Virus record (IMG/VR): IMGVR_UViG_3300044535_000502
DNA: 64,000 nucleotides
Source: a virus
Taxonomy: Duplodnaviria > Heunggongvirae > Uroviricota > Caudoviricetes
Direction: 5' to 3' (one strand)
How positions within the stretch are numbered: the first letter of the stretch is position 1; every line of letters begins with the position of its first letter. The notes under the pieces are model-generated. The model ran no database searches. It had not been told where the DNA came from and worked only from the letters and a program-made list of their open reading frames with translations. Positions 1-9,424 of this stretch are shown here, piece by piece. Made by a program: the position numbers and the translations under genes.

Positions 1-1926
1 TTCCCATTCATTGACCGCCTGAACGTATACACTAAAGGTGGTATTTCAACTGGCGTCAAATTTACGGATGAAGAGTCTGAGTTTGTTCGCAAGGTAGAAG
101 CCGCTGAGACTTGGGATGATGTTGTAGAAATCACTGGCGCAATTTTTGATTACTCTAAGCAAGATCAACAAAAGCAAAACAAACTTCCTGCCATGCAATT
201 TAGTATGGACATGGATGAAATGGACGATGGTGAATTCTCTGAGTCTGATTATGATTCGGACCAGTCTGATGATTCGGAAGAAACAACTGGTAATGGTCCA
301 GATAAAGAAACTGATGGATCATCCGATAGTGGTTCAGGTAAAGAAACTAATGGATCATCCGAAGATGGTGAGCAAAAGCCTGGCAATAAAAAGTCAAATG
401 CTGATGCACAAAAGTCTGATGAAAAAAGCGAAGACACAAAACCTGGCAACCAAATCAATCGTTTCAAACCAACTCAGTCTGTAGCTGGTCAAGATGATTT
501 TGAGCCAACGTGTGAAACGGATGAGGCTTACCGTGAAAATGAGTATAAACTTCTGGACGAAAAGTCTAAAGACTATTCTTACATGAATGTTCCTACACCG
601 ATCATGTCTGAAATTTTGACACCAGCATCCATTGTGCATAAACAAATGCAAGAGTTTTGGAGCCCATATTTGCGCGCCGAGCAAGATGCATTGGTCAAAG
701 ATTTCAAAAACAACAATGATCGATATATCAGCCTGTTGGCCAAAGAATTTGAAATGCGCAAAGCCGCAGAAAAGTTTTCAAAGACTAAAGTGTCTAATAC
801 TGGTGACATTGATGTGAATCGCATCTACAAATACCAAATTGACGACAACATTTTCAAGAAAATGAACCGTGTGCCGAAAGGTAAATCGCATGGTTTGATT
901 CTGCTGTTGGATCGCTCTGGTTCAATGAAGGGTCAAATGGCAGCGGCCATTGAGCAGATTTTGATTCTTGTTATGTTCTGCCGTAAAGTCAATATTCCTT
1001 TTGTGGTATATGGTTTTGGTAATGAAACAGACGGCTTCAAAATGGATCATGGTCGTACTGCCAAAGATTCATTTACCCGCGGCGAAAATGAGTTGGCATT
1101 CTCCCACGTATTCTTGCGTGAGTATTTCAATTCACGTATGGGTAATGTTGAATTCAATAACTGTGTTCGTAACATGGTTACATTGGCTGATGCATATTCT
1201 AAAAAGAATTATGGTGATGTGCGCAATTTTCGTATTCCTTTGAGTGAGCCATTGTCTGCAACACCTATGATGGAAGCAATGGTTGCATTGAAGCCACTGA
1301 CTGAGCAATTCCGCAAAGTGAACAATCTTGATATCGTGAACCTTGCGTTGATTCATGATGGTGATGCTGATGAAATTTCGTACCATTACGTGGATGGTGG
1401 TACCAACACAATGTACAATTATTTCAACAGTAAGAACTATGTTTTGGTTGACACTAAAACAAAGTTTCAGAAGCTGGCTCCTAGTGGCAATTACGACACC
1501 GCCCTGCGTAGTGTAGTTTTTGATTGGTATCGCAATGCAACTGGAGCCAAAATCATTGGTTTCTATATTGCAGGTACTGGTGCCTCAGCACGGTCTAATT
1601 TGTCTCGCCGTTACACTGACTCTACAGGTCAAAACTTGTATGAGAAATATCCTGATCGTGATGGCGGTTATCACAAGCGCCAAGAACTGGCTAAAAAACT
1701 CACCGAGGATTTGAAGGAAGAGCGGTTTGTGGAATCTTTCAATCATGGCTACAATAAGTTTTTCTTTATTCCTGGTGATGCTGACCTGCAAGCCGATGAT
1801 GGTGAACTGGAAATTTCTGGTAGCTTCACAGCAAGCAAACTAAAGAATGCATTTATCAAGATGAATAAAAAGAAGCAAGTCAGCCGCGTTCTTGTGAACC
1901 GATTCATTACAGAAATTGCTGTGTGA
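1..1926 (+). CDS. CobT-like von Willebrand factor A (vWA) domain protein; the 5' end lies outside the window (the frame is open from nt 1)
   Basis: The frame of ORF 193..1926 stays open back to position 1. There is an acidic D/E/S-rich stretch and a MIDAS-like motif LLLDRSGSM, and the gene sits directly upstream of a MoxR-type AAA ATPase (the CobS/CobT arrangement). Confidence 0.6.
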   Translation, partial: FPFIDRLNVYTKGGISTGVKFTDEESEFVRKVEAAETWDDVVEITGAIFDYSKQDQQKQNKLPAMQFSMDMDEMDDGEFSESDYDSDQSDDSEETTGNGPDKETDGSSDSGSGKETNGSSEDGEQKPGNKKSNADAQKSDEKSEDTKPGNQINRFKPTQSVAGQDDFEPTCETDEAYRENEYKLLDEKSKDYSYMNVPTPIMSEILTPASIVHKQMQEFWSPYLRAEQDALVKDFKNNNDRYISLLAKEFEMRKAAEKFSKTKVSNTGDIDVNRIYKYQIDDNIFKKMNRVPKGKSHGLILLLDRSGSMKGQMAAAIEQILILVMFCRKVNIPFVVYGFGNETDGFKMDHGRTAKDSFTRGENELAFSHVFLREYFNSRMGNVEFNNCVRNMVTLADAYSKKNYGDVRNFRIPLSEPLSATPMMEAMVALKPLTEQFRKVNNLDIVNLALIHDGDADEISYHYVDGGTNTMYNYFNSKNYVLVDTKTKFQKLAPSGNYDTALRSVVFDWYRNATGAKIIGFYIAGTGASARSNLSRRYTDSTGQNLYEKYPDRDGGYHKRQELAKKLTEDLKEERFVESFNHGYNKFFFIPGDADLQADDGELEISGSFTASKLKNAFIKMNKKKQVSRVLVNRFITEIAV

Positions 1927-1932
1927 TTTTTA

Positions 1933-1972
1933 CAACATACCACTTGACTTTGTGGTATGTTCCTTGTATAAT
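1933..1972 (+). promoter_or_regulatory. stem-loop (ACATACCAC/GTGGTATGT) overlapping a sigma70-like promoter (TTGACT-17-TATAAT)
   Basis: A 9-bp perfect inverted repeat is present at about 1933-1958. A -35 TTGACT lies at about 1944-1949 and a -10 TATAAT at about 1967-1972, upstream of the cobS-like gene. Confidence 0.5.
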
Positions 1973-2005
1973 TAGTTTATTGATTTGATTGATTTGGAGT
2001 TTATT

Positions 2006-3196
2006 ATGCGTACCATTCAGATGGACAAGCGTGAGAAGTTTATTGCCATTGCCAGCGCAACTGGTAAAGAGTTTATGACATTGCAGGAAGTCAAAAGCCT
2101 GTGTGCAGAAAATGATATCAAGGAACCTCAATGGTTCCTCAAAGACCTAGCCAATCGCGCAGGACGCGGCATGTATAAAATGCCTACTGCATTGGTTCAA
2201 AATGTTGTTCCCATGACTACTAAAAAGCCAGACACTAAAAAAGAAGTGGTTGATGCACCACGAATCTCCAATCTTGTAACTCAGTTGGAAACTGAGAATC
2301 TTGTTCCACAAAAGTACAAGAATTATGTTCCGTTTGGTAATTTTGATGACTTGGTTTCCATCTTCAAAAGCAACCAATTCTTTCCCATCTTTATCACTGG
2401 TCAATCTGGTAACGGTAAGACCATGTCCGTCGAACAGGCTTGTGCCAAACTTGGTCGCAAATTTATCTGTGTGTCAATGACACCTGACACCGATGAAGGC
2501 GACTTGCTTGGTAACTATGTACTGATTAATGGTCAGATGGAATGGCGTGATGGTCCTGTTACCGTAGCAGCCCGCCAAGGCGCTGTATTGTGTATTGACG
2601 AAATCGATTATGGTGCACAGAATTTGGCATGTCTCCAACGTGTTCTGGAAGGCAAACCATTCTTGCTGAAAAAGAAGAATGAATTGGTTGCACCCGCTGA
2701 GGGCTTTACCGTTGTTGCTACGGCTAACACAAAAGGTAAAGGCTCCGATGATGGTCGTTATATGTTCACCAACGTTTTGAACGAAGCCTTCCTTGAGCGT
2801 TTCTTGAATACCTATGAACAAGAATATCCACCAACCGCAGTTGAAAAGAAAATTGTGCGTAAGGAAATGGCTGCATTCGGTCGTCAAGATGATGAATTTG
2901 CCGATCTGTTGGTGACTTGGGCTGATATCACACGGAAGACCTTTGCAGAAGGTGGTGTGGACGAGATTATCTCCACTCGCCGTTTGGTACACATCTGCAA
3001 AACTTATGGTGTGCATGGTGACCGCCTGAAGGCTGTTGGCTTGTGTCTGAATCGTTTTGATATCGATACCAAGACATCCTTCCTTGACTTGTACACTAAA
3101 CTGGACGTTGAGGCTACAAAAGCCAAAATTCCTGCTGACGAACAGGCTGTTCCCACAATGAAGCGCGTTCCAGTTGATGAAGAAATTCCTTTCTAA
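2006..3196 (+). CDS. cobS: CobS-like MoxR-family AAA+ ATPase
   Basis: Walker A motif GQSGNGKTM and Walker B motif VLCIDEID. The ~397 aa length is typical of phage CobS. The start was chosen at MRTIQ, which has a GGAG ribosome-binding site 7 nt upstream. Confidence 0.7.
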   Translation: MRTIQMDKREKFIAIASATGKEFMTLQEVKSLCAENDIKEPQWFLKDLANRAGRGMYKMPTALVQNVVPMTTKKPDTKKEVVDAPRISNLVTQLETENLVPQKYKNYVPFGNFDDLVSIFKSNQFFPIFITGQSGNGKTMSVEQACAKLGRKFICVSMTPDTDEGDLLGNYVLINGQMEWRDGPVTVAARQGAVLCIDEIDYGAQNLACLQRVLEGKPFLLKKKNELVAPAEGFTVVATANTKGKGSDDGRYMFTNVLNEAFLERFLNTYEQEYPPTAVEKKIVRKEMAAFGRQDDEFADLLVTWADITRKTFAEGGVDEIISTRRLVHICKTYGVHGDRLKAVGLCLNRFDIDTKTSFLDLYTKLDVEATKAKIPADEQAVPTMKRVPVDEEIPF

Positions 3197-3211
3197 TTGA
3201 CACATGTTTAC

Positions 3212-3245
3212 CGCCCAGAGTATTGATTTACTCTGGGCGTTATGC
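3212..3245 (+). terminator. rho-independent terminator hairpin
   Basis: cgcccagagta...tactctgggcg forms an 11-bp stem followed by a T-rich tract. Confidence 0.6.
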
Positions 3246-3310
3246 TATCATGTGTAATGAGATTTCAATCACCTCTCACAAAACAAGTGTGATTTTATTA
3301 TGGAGTTCTT

Positions 3311-3574
3311 ATGAACGTAAAACAGAAAATGTTGCTTGCTCTGAGCAAAACTGAGGGATACAATACCTTTACTACCGCACAAGCCCGTGTACGATTTGGC
3401 ATTTCCAATGTCGCCGCACGGATCGGCGAGTTGCGCAAAGAAGGTCATGCTATCTATACCAACACCAAGACTTTGGAAGATGGTCGCAAGATTAGTTTCT
3501 ATCGCCTGGGTACACCAACTAAGCGCATGTTGGCTACTCAGTCTAAAACAAAGCGTGTTGCCACTTTTGCCTGA
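3311..3574 (+). CDS. small winged-helix/HTH DNA-binding protein
   Basis: 87 aa. The pattern ...TAQARVRFGISNVAARIGELRKEGHAIYT... resembles a helix-turn-helix followed by a wing. The ORF is flanked by terminators. Confidence 0.45.
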   Translation: MNVKQKMLLALSKTEGYNTFTTAQARVRFGISNVAARIGELRKEGHAIYTNTKTLEDGRKISFYRLGTPTKRMLATQSKTKRVATFA

Positions 3575-3594
3575 TTGATCAATAAAATCTGATC

Positions 3595-3632
3595 AAGGGA
3601 GTGATATATACTGTATCACTCCCTTTATTTAT
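3595..3632 (+). terminator. rho-independent terminator
   Basis: aagggagtgatat...atcactccctt forms a stem followed by TATTTA. It is preceded by a TGATCA...TGATCA inverted repeat. Confidence 0.6.
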
Positions 3633-3641
3633 GGAAACATT

Positions 3642-4457
3642 ATGGAAATCAAAGTCAAAATTGAAGATTTGAAAAAGAACAAACTGTTCATTGCAACGCC
3701 AATGTATGGTGGTATGAATCACGGCATGTATATGAAATCTTGCCTGGATTTACAGACGATGATGATGAAGTATGGAGTTGAAATTCGTTTTTCTTTCCTA
3801 TTCAACGAATCATTAATTACCCGCGCAAGAAATTATCTGGTCGATGAATTTTTGCGTTCCGATTGTACGCATATGCTATTCATAGACTCTGACGTACATT
3901 TTAGTCCTCAAGACGTTGTGGCACTACTTGCTTTGGATAAAGATGTTATTGGCGGACCATATCCAAAGAAGTCAATCAATTGGAATAATATTGCTGAGGC
4001 TGCAAGGAAACATCCTGATATGCCCGCAAGCGAATTGGAAAACTTGGTGGGCGATTACGTTTTCAACGTAGTAAAAGGCACACAACAATTCACAGTGACT
4101 GAGCCATTGGAAGTTCTTGAGATTGGTACAGGATTTATGATGGTGAAACGTGAAGTTTTCCCTGTGCTGGCCGAAGCCTATCCTCAGTTGCGATACAAAC
4201 CCGATCACGTTGGTCAAGCCAACTTTGATGGCACACGTTATATCCACGCATACTTTGACACAATCATTGATACCAAAGACAGTGCAACTGGCGGTGGCTC
4301 TGATCGTTATTTGTCTGAGGACTATATGTTCTGCCAACTGTGGAGAAAAACTGGTGGTAAAATCTATCTGTGCCCATGGATGAAGACCCAACATATTGGC
4401 ACATACGCTTTCACTGGTAACATGCCTAAGATTGCAGAGTTGACTGGAAAGTTGTAA
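3642..4457 (+). CDS. putative glycosyltransferase (GT-A-like, DxD motif)
   Basis: 271 aa. A FIDSDVHF DxD-like motif is present, and a Gly-rich N-terminal stretch LFIATPMYGG. Confidence 0.35.
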   Translation: MEIKVKIEDLKKNKLFIATPMYGGMNHGMYMKSCLDLQTMMMKYGVEIRFSFLFNESLITRARNYLVDEFLRSDCTHMLFIDSDVHFSPQDVVALLALDKDVIGGPYPKKSINWNNIAEAARKHPDMPASELENLVGDYVFNVVKGTQQFTVTEPLEVLEIGTGFMMVKREVFPVLAEAYPQLRYKPDHVGQANFDGTRYIHAYFDTIIDTKDSATGGGSDRYLSEDYMFCQLWRKTGGKIYLCPWMKTQHIGTYAFTGNMPKIAELTGKL

Positions 4458-4807
4458 TGCGACATTTCACTGATGATGAAACTGTACATGTGAGTGCGAC
4501 TGATACCACACCCGGTCGCAAATTTGACAGTGACAAGTTGCGCTATGATTTGGTGCCGCCACTAGCACTGGAAGAAATGGTAAAGGTTCTGACGTTTGGT
4601 GCACAGAAGTATGAGCCAGACAACTGGCAAAAAGTGCCTGATTCCAAACGCAGATACTTTGCCGCCTTACAAAGGCATCTATGGGCATGGAAACAAGGTG
4701 AAAAACTAGATTCTGAATCTGGTATTCATCACCTCGCTCACGCCGCATGTTGTTTGTATTTCCTATACGAACATGATGTGAAATATTCTGTTGACAAAGC
4801 AGAATGA
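4457..4807 (+). CDS. all-alpha NTP pyrophosphohydrolase-like protein (MazG-like; resembles a dATP/dGTP diphosphohydrolase N-terminal domain)
   Basis: 116 aa. Motifs ...LVPPLALEEMVKVLTFGAQKYEPDNW... and ...HHLAHAACCLYFLYE. Translationally coupled to the upstream gene by an ATGA overlap. Confidence 0.4.
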   Translation: MRHFTDDETVHVSATDTTPGRKFDSDKLRYDLVPPLALEEMVKVLTFGAQKYEPDNWQKVPDSKRRYFAALQRHLWAWKQGEKLDSESGIHHLAHAACCLYFLYEHDVKYSVDKAE

Positions 4808-4841
4808 ATGTTGTACAATTGATTTTTTATTGGAGTATATT

Positions 4842-5525
4842 ATGAAGCTATCTAAAGACACACTAAGCATTTTGAAGAATTTCGCCAACATCAATGATGG
4901 AATTGTGTTCCGTCAAGGTAATGTTTTGCGTACATGTGACGCACAGAAACAAATTCTCGCTGAGACTACCATCAGTGAGGTTATTCCAAATGATTTTGGT
5001 ATCTTTGACTTGAATCGTTTTCTGTCAGCACTTGATCTTGAAGGTGAGAATTCAACACTTGTGTTTGAAGAATCTACGAATTCCGTTGTTGTCTCTGCGG
5101 CATCAGGACGAAGCAAAACAGTTTACCGCATTTGTGATGCGAGCAACATCAAAAACGCACCGGAAAAGAGTGTGAACATGCCAACACCTGATGTGACATT
5201 TCAGTTGTCACAGGAAGATTTGGAACACATTGTAAAAGCATCTGGTCGTCTTGCTACGCCACACGTTGCTCTCAAATCTGATGGATCAAAAATCTTCCTT
5301 CATGCACTAGACAACAAAAATACATCGTCACATACGAATGAACTTGAGGTTGGTGTTGGAAATGGCAAGCGATATTCTATGCTATTTAAAACAGAAAACT
5401 TGAAGATGATTCCTGGCGCATATGAAGTGTCAATTTCATTCAAGGGTATCGCAAGTTTCAAGAATACCGCAAAGCAGATTCAGTATTGGATCGCAACTGA
5501 GATTGGTTCAAACAGCGAAGCCTGA
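4842..5525 (+). CDS. 45: sliding clamp (T4 gp45 homolog)
   Basis: The N-terminus MKLSKDTLSILKNFANINDGIV is almost identical to T4 gp45 (MKLSKDTTALLKNFATINSGIM). The 227 aa length matches. A GGAG ribosome-binding site is present. Confidence 0.93.
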   Translation: MKLSKDTLSILKNFANINDGIVFRQGNVLRTCDAQKQILAETTISEVIPNDFGIFDLNRFLSALDLEGENSTLVFEESTNSVVVSAASGRSKTVYRICDASNIKNAPEKSVNMPTPDVTFQLSQEDLEHIVKASGRLATPHVALKSDGSKIFLHALDNKNTSSHTNELEVGVGNGKRYSMLFKTENLKMIPGAYEVSISFKGIASFKNTAKQIQYWIATEIGSNSEA

Positions 5526-5531
5526 TTGATA

Positions 5532-6092
5532 TCATTTTCTTCTGGTTTTAGGTCTAAGTCTGAAAAACGTTGGATACTTTTCACTATCCAATCGTTTTCT
5601 GATACTGATTCCAGGAAAAGAAGATTGGGCTTTTCCCACCGAATCATAAACAACGCCATCACAAGAGACTGGACATGAGTTTGCTTTTGTAATCGCCTCA
5701 AAAAAATTGCAAGATTGCTTTTTACCCAGCATTCCATATGTCGCGTAATCTTTCGGATTCTTATTTGAGTGAATTCTTTTTATAGCTGCTCTGTAGTTTG
5801 GTGAATTTGATGTGTCTCCGCCATCACCACCACTAGTCATATTGTATTTTGGTTTGAGTTGATCTATCCAATACATTTCTCGTTGATTCAAAACTTCCGG
5901 AGACTCAACTTCTTCCAAAATGGAAAATGTGAAGTTTTCTACTCCATATTTTCTCATGGCGCGGTGTATGTATGTTTGACTTTTGTTGTGGGTTGCGTTA
6001 TACTTGTGCCTATAGAATCGTTCTTGATGATTCTTAGTCTTACCAATATAAAAATCATCGGTAAGTTTGTTGGTGATTTGATAAATAATCAT
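5532..6092 (-). CDS. GIY-YIG homing endonuclease (Seg-like)
   Basis: IIYQITNKLTDDFYIGKT carries the GIY...YIG spacing, followed by conserved R/H/N/E residues. It is inserted in reverse orientation between gp45 and gp44, as T4 seg genes are. Confidence 0.7.
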   Translation of the reverse strand: MIIYQITNKLTDDFYIGKTKNHQERFYRHKYNATHNKSQTYIHRAMRKYGVENFTFSILEEVESPEVLNQREMYWIDQLKPKYNMTSGGDGGDTSNSPNYRAAIKRIHSNKNPKDYATYGMLGKKQSCNFFEAITKANSCPVSCDGVVYDSVGKAQSSFPGISIRKRLDSEKYPTFFRLRPKTRRK

Positions 6093-6182
6093 GCTGGCAT
6101 GGTCCTTTCATGTTAGAATAGGTGCGAGTTCCCGCTCGGCGACCTATACCTATTTATATATTTTGTTATTTGAAAGTGAAAT

Positions 6183-7124
6183 ATGAGTTTAGATCATCTT
6201 TTGTGGGTGGAACGGTATCGCCCAAAAACAATCGCGGAGTGTATTCTTCCTGACCGACTGAAAGCTCCTTTTCAGGAGTACGTCAACAAGAACGAAATTC
6301 CAAACCTGTTGCTACATGGTGGCGCAGGTGTTGGTAAGACTACTGTTGCTAAAGCGATGTGTAATGAAGTTGATGCAGACTATTTGGTCATCAATGGCTC
6401 AGATGAAACTGGTGTTGATATGGTACGAAGCAAGATCAAAGACTTTGCTTCTACCATGTCATTCACTGGTGGACGAAAGGTCATCATCGTTGATGAGGCT
6501 GATTATCTTTCACCTAACGCACAAGCCGCATTCAGGAATGTGATTGAAGAGTTTGCATCAAATTGTTCTTTCATCTTCACATGCAACTTCAAAAACAAGA
6601 TCATTGATCCACTGCACAGCCGATGTGCTGTTGTGGATTTCACACTGAAATCACCTGAGAAAACTGGAATGGCTGGTCAATTCTTCAAGCGTGTTTCCGG
6701 TATTCTTGCTGAGGAAAATGTCAAGTTTGATCCTAAAGTAATCGCTGAGGTTGTGAAGAAACACTTTCCAGACTTTCGCCGTGTTCTGAATGAACTACAA
6801 AGATATTCATCCAACGTAGACAAGACTATTGACGTTGGCATTCTGTCACAGGTTGGTGACGTTAGCATGGGTGAAGTCATCAAGTTTTTGAAAGACAAAG
6901 ACTTTGGTGCCTTGCGCAAGTGGGTTGCATCAAGTGATATTGATCCAGCTACACTGTATCGTAAACTCTACGATGGAATGTATGATGTGTTGCAGCCACA
7001 GAGTATTCCTCAAGCTGTGATTATTCTCGCAGACTATCAGTATAAACATGCATTCGTTGCTGATGCAGAAATCAACACGGTTGCATGTTTGACTGAGTTG
7101 ATGGTTGGTGTGGAATTCAAATGA
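6183..7124 (+). CDS. 44: clamp loader large subunit (T4 gp44 homolog)
   Basis: RYRP..ECILP, Walker A motif LLHGGAGVGKTT, SRC motif and FPDFRRVLNELQRYSS align with T4 gp44. 313 aa. Confidence 0.93.
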   Translation: MSLDHLLWVERYRPKTIAECILPDRLKAPFQEYVNKNEIPNLLLHGGAGVGKTTVAKAMCNEVDADYLVINGSDETGVDMVRSKIKDFASTMSFTGGRKVIIVDEADYLSPNAQAAFRNVIEEFASNCSFIFTCNFKNKIIDPLHSRCAVVDFTLKSPEKTGMAGQFFKRVSGILAEENVKFDPKVIAEVVKKHFPDFRRVLNELQRYSSNVDKTIDVGILSQVGDVSMGEVIKFLKDKDFGALRKWVASSDIDPATLYRKLYDGMYDVLQPQSIPQAVIILADYQYKHAFVADAEINTVACLTELMVGVEFK

Positions 7125-7408
7125 TTACGTTTTTTAAACCAACCATTGAGTGGATCAAAAATGACATTGACTCTCATCCTTTTCGTTTTGGCGTTGAGTT
7201 GCTTGCTTGGGCTATTTCAATTGGCTGTAGCATTACCATGGCTCTTACAGTCCCGAATCCGCCCCTACTTGCTCTTTATCCTATTTGGATCATCGGCTGC
7301 GGTCTCTATGCTTGGGCTGCTTTTACTCGCAAATCTTTTGGCATGTTGGCTAACTACCTCTTGCTTACTACCATAGACACTATCGGTTTGATTAGGATGT
7401 TAGCATGA
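7121..7408 (+). CDS. hypothetical small membrane protein
   Basis: 95 aa and hydrophobic (2-3 predicted transmembrane segments). ATGA overlap with gp44. Confidence 0.35.
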   Translation: MITFFKPTIEWIKNDIDSHPFRFGVELLAWAISIGCSITMALTVPNPPLLALYPIWIIGCGLYAWAAFTRKSFGMLANYLLLTTIDTIGLIRMLA

Positions 7409-7986
7409 GTTATTTGTATGATGATGGTGGTAGATCATTGGGTTGGTTTACTCAAACTGAAATTCGTGAGATGAAAAATCATATTACTGCGGCAGTATAT
7501 GCATTTGCTTTTCTTGATGAAAAGCCAAGTGATAAAGTTTTGCCATACGAACTTGAAGATACTTTCTACATTGGCATGTCTGGTGGAACATCTTTTGAGT
7601 ACACATATGACAGTAACAAAAAAGAATATTTCACAGGATTCGCATATCGCCAGAAATATCACTGGCGCAACTTGACAAAGATAAATGATACTTTTGATGA
7701 AAAGTATAGAGGCTTTCATGACTATTATTTGCCTAAAATAAATCCACACAAAACAATTTTTATGAATGTTTGTGTTCCTGGCAATTCCATTCTATCACAA
7801 AATGTTAGAGGATATCTGAGTGTTGTTGAGCAGGAGTTTATATACCTATATCAAAGACGTTGGAGTAAACCTCCTCTTTTGAATCTTGCTGAAAATACAA
7901 CAAGGAATACGGGAATACCTTCTTCTAAATCCGGTCAATTGCGTGACTTCGGAATCAAAAATAATCTGAATGAGTTTTTATCATGA
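7405..7986 (+). CDS. hypothetical protein; possibly a degenerate GIY-YIG/Seg-like nuclease
   Basis: A FYIGMSGG (YIG-like) motif and downstream R/H/Y residues resemble the 5532..6092 endonuclease. It sits between gp44 and gp62, where T4 carries seg genes. Confidence 0.25.
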   Translation: MSYLYDDGGRSLGWFTQTEIREMKNHITAAVYAFAFLDEKPSDKVLPYELEDTFYIGMSGGTSFEYTYDSNKKEYFTGFAYRQKYHWRNLTKINDTFDEKYRGFHDYYLPKINPHKTIFMNVCVPGNSILSQNVRGYLSVVEQEFIYLYQRRWSKPPLLNLAENTTRNTGIPSSKSGQLRDFGIKNNLNEFLS

Positions 7987-8270
7987 AGCTAGACCAATCA
8001 ACTAAATTAGATACAACCAGTATCATTTCCAGTTTGCCCACATCATATGCACCGGCATCTTCTGGTTTGACTGCTACAATAACTGGATCGTTTCCCACAG
8101 TTGTTCCTTATCCATTGTCTTATCAATTTAGGGTTGTGGAATGGACAAAAGATGGACAGCCCGATGGTGTTGAACTACAGGTGAAACATACAAAGCACGA
8201 TCAGTATGGAAATGTTGTCAGTGAGGAACTATGGAATAAAGTTCCTCGCATTAAACTGGATAGAGTATGA
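7983..8270 (+). CDS. hypothetical protein
   Basis: 95 aa ORF, coupled to its neighbours by ATGA overlaps. Confidence 0.3.
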   Translation: MKLDQSTKLDTTSIISSLPTSYAPASSGLTATITGSFPTVVPYPLSYQFRVVEWTKDGQPDGVELQVKHTKHDQYGNVVSEELWNKVPRIKLDRV

Positions 8271-8653
8271 GTAATCCCTTTGAATATGCAAATCAAATTC
8301 TGCAGGGTAAGAAACAACTGATCGTTGATGAATCTACTGAGGCTGAATACGTACCATTCATGGTCAACCGAGCACTGTCCTACCATAAAGACTGTGTATT
8401 GTATGCCAATGAAATGAATCGTAGACACCAGCTGGACAAAAAGCTACAGAATGATTTTTTACTAAATACTATCAGGGCTAAGAAAAGGCCTTTCAATAAG
8501 TGGATAAAGCCTGAAAAAAGTGATGATATAGCATGTATAAAATCTTTCTACGGTTTCTCTGATGCGAAAGCTAGGGATGCACTCAGACTGCTTACTGACA
8601 AACAAATCCAAGAATTAAAAGAAAAGACCGATAAAGGTGGATTGGGGAAGTAG
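8267..8653 (+). CDS. 62: candidate clamp loader small subunit (gp62-like)
   Basis: Synteny: it lies between gp44 and regA as in T4. The ...YVPFMVNRALS... region weakly resembles T4 gp62 (SKFMVENALSQ). Confidence 0.4.
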   Translation: MSNPFEYANQILQGKKQLIVDESTEAEYVPFMVNRALSYHKDCVLYANEMNRRHQLDKKLQNDFLLNTIRAKKRPFNKWIKPEKSDDIACIKSFYGFSDAKARDALRLLTDKQIQELKEKTDKGGLGK

Positions 8654-8655
8654 CC

Positions 8656-9057
8656 ATGGTAGATTTATCAACATTTGTTGAGGTGAAGCTGAAAGAACAA
8701 GATGATTTTTTGAAAGTACGTGAGACATTAACACGGATTGGTGTGTCTTCTCGCAAAGAGAAAATACTGTACCAGTCGTGCCATATCCTACATAAGCGCG
8801 GTCAATATTACATTACACATTTTAAAGAACTGTTTGCATTGGATGGAAAGCCATCTAGTATCGTAGACAACGACATTGAAAGACGTAATGCAATTGCCAA
8901 ATTGCTTGAGCAGTGGGGCTTAGTTACGATTGTTAATCCAGAAATTATGGTAGACAAGATCGCTGAGATTCACCATATCAAAATCATTCCCTTCCGTGAG
9001 AAAGACGATTGGGAGCTAGTCAGCAAATACAACATAGGTAAGAAGAGTCCAGAGTGA
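8656..9057 (+). CDS. regA: translational repressor RegA
   Basis: FLKVRETLTRIGV...ILYQSCHILHKRGQYYITHFKELFALDG closely matches T4 RegA (FLKVKETLTRMGI...VLYQSCHILQKKGLYYIVHFKEM). Confidence 0.88.
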   Translation: MVDLSTFVEVKLKEQDDFLKVRETLTRIGVSSRKEKILYQSCHILHKRGQYYITHFKELFALDGKPSSIVDNDIERRNAIAKLLEQWGLVTIVNPEIMVDKIAEIHHIKIIPFREKDDWELVSKYNIGKKSPE

Positions 9058-9066
9058 TTTTATATT

Positions 9067-9249
9067 ATGAAAAAAGTGAAAGAGAAATTGACAAAGCTAA
9101 AGAACATCTACACAGGTGAAATTGTCATAACAAGCAACCTGTATGAGAAACGTGTCGATAGCACAATGACATTCATACAGGTATACACAGAGCAAAACCC
9201 ACAAAGAAAATATTTTGTGAATGGTGCTGCATTTGTCAAAATTGTATAA
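9067..9249 (+). CDS. hypothetical protein
   Basis: 60 aa ORF downstream of regA. Confidence 0.3.
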   Translation: MKKVKEKLTKLKNIYTGEIVITSNLYEKRVDSTMTFIQVYTEQNPQRKYFVNGAAFVKIV

Positions 9250-9252
9250 ATA
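9245..9252 (+). promoter_or_regulatory. T4-type late promoter TATAAATA
   Basis: Exact TATAAATA match, 170 nt upstream of the hsp20 start. Confidence 0.55.
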
Positions 9253-9424
9253 ACAGAACCCACCTTAGGGCCGTTTGACGTTAACGGTTAGAGAATGAGT
9301 GATCATTTTCAGGCGTCCGGATGAATAAGACTGTACCTCGTTAGTGTACGCTGGAGAAAGTAACCAGCACAACGATACGCTTTCGAGGTATCATTTCACA
9401 ACTTGCTTTTATAGGAGAAAACTT

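Noticed and set aside
146-484. 112-aa ORF overlapping the CobT-like gene 5' region in another frame.
   Set aside because: The CobT-like frame is open from nucleotide 1 and carries the acidic and vWA features. The overlap ORF is low-complexity.
2474-3205. 243-aa antisense ORF inside the cobS-like gene.
   Set aside because: It is fully embedded opposite a gene with clear Walker motifs. It has no RBS or motifs and lies in an otherwise single-strand-coded region.
9253-9424. Whether tRNA genes are present, which is common in T4-like genomes, with this and other 100-220-nt gaps as candidates.
   Set aside because: No acceptor-stem/T-loop pattern (GTTCRANYC) and no cloverleaf-compatible pairing was found in any of the larger non-coding gaps.
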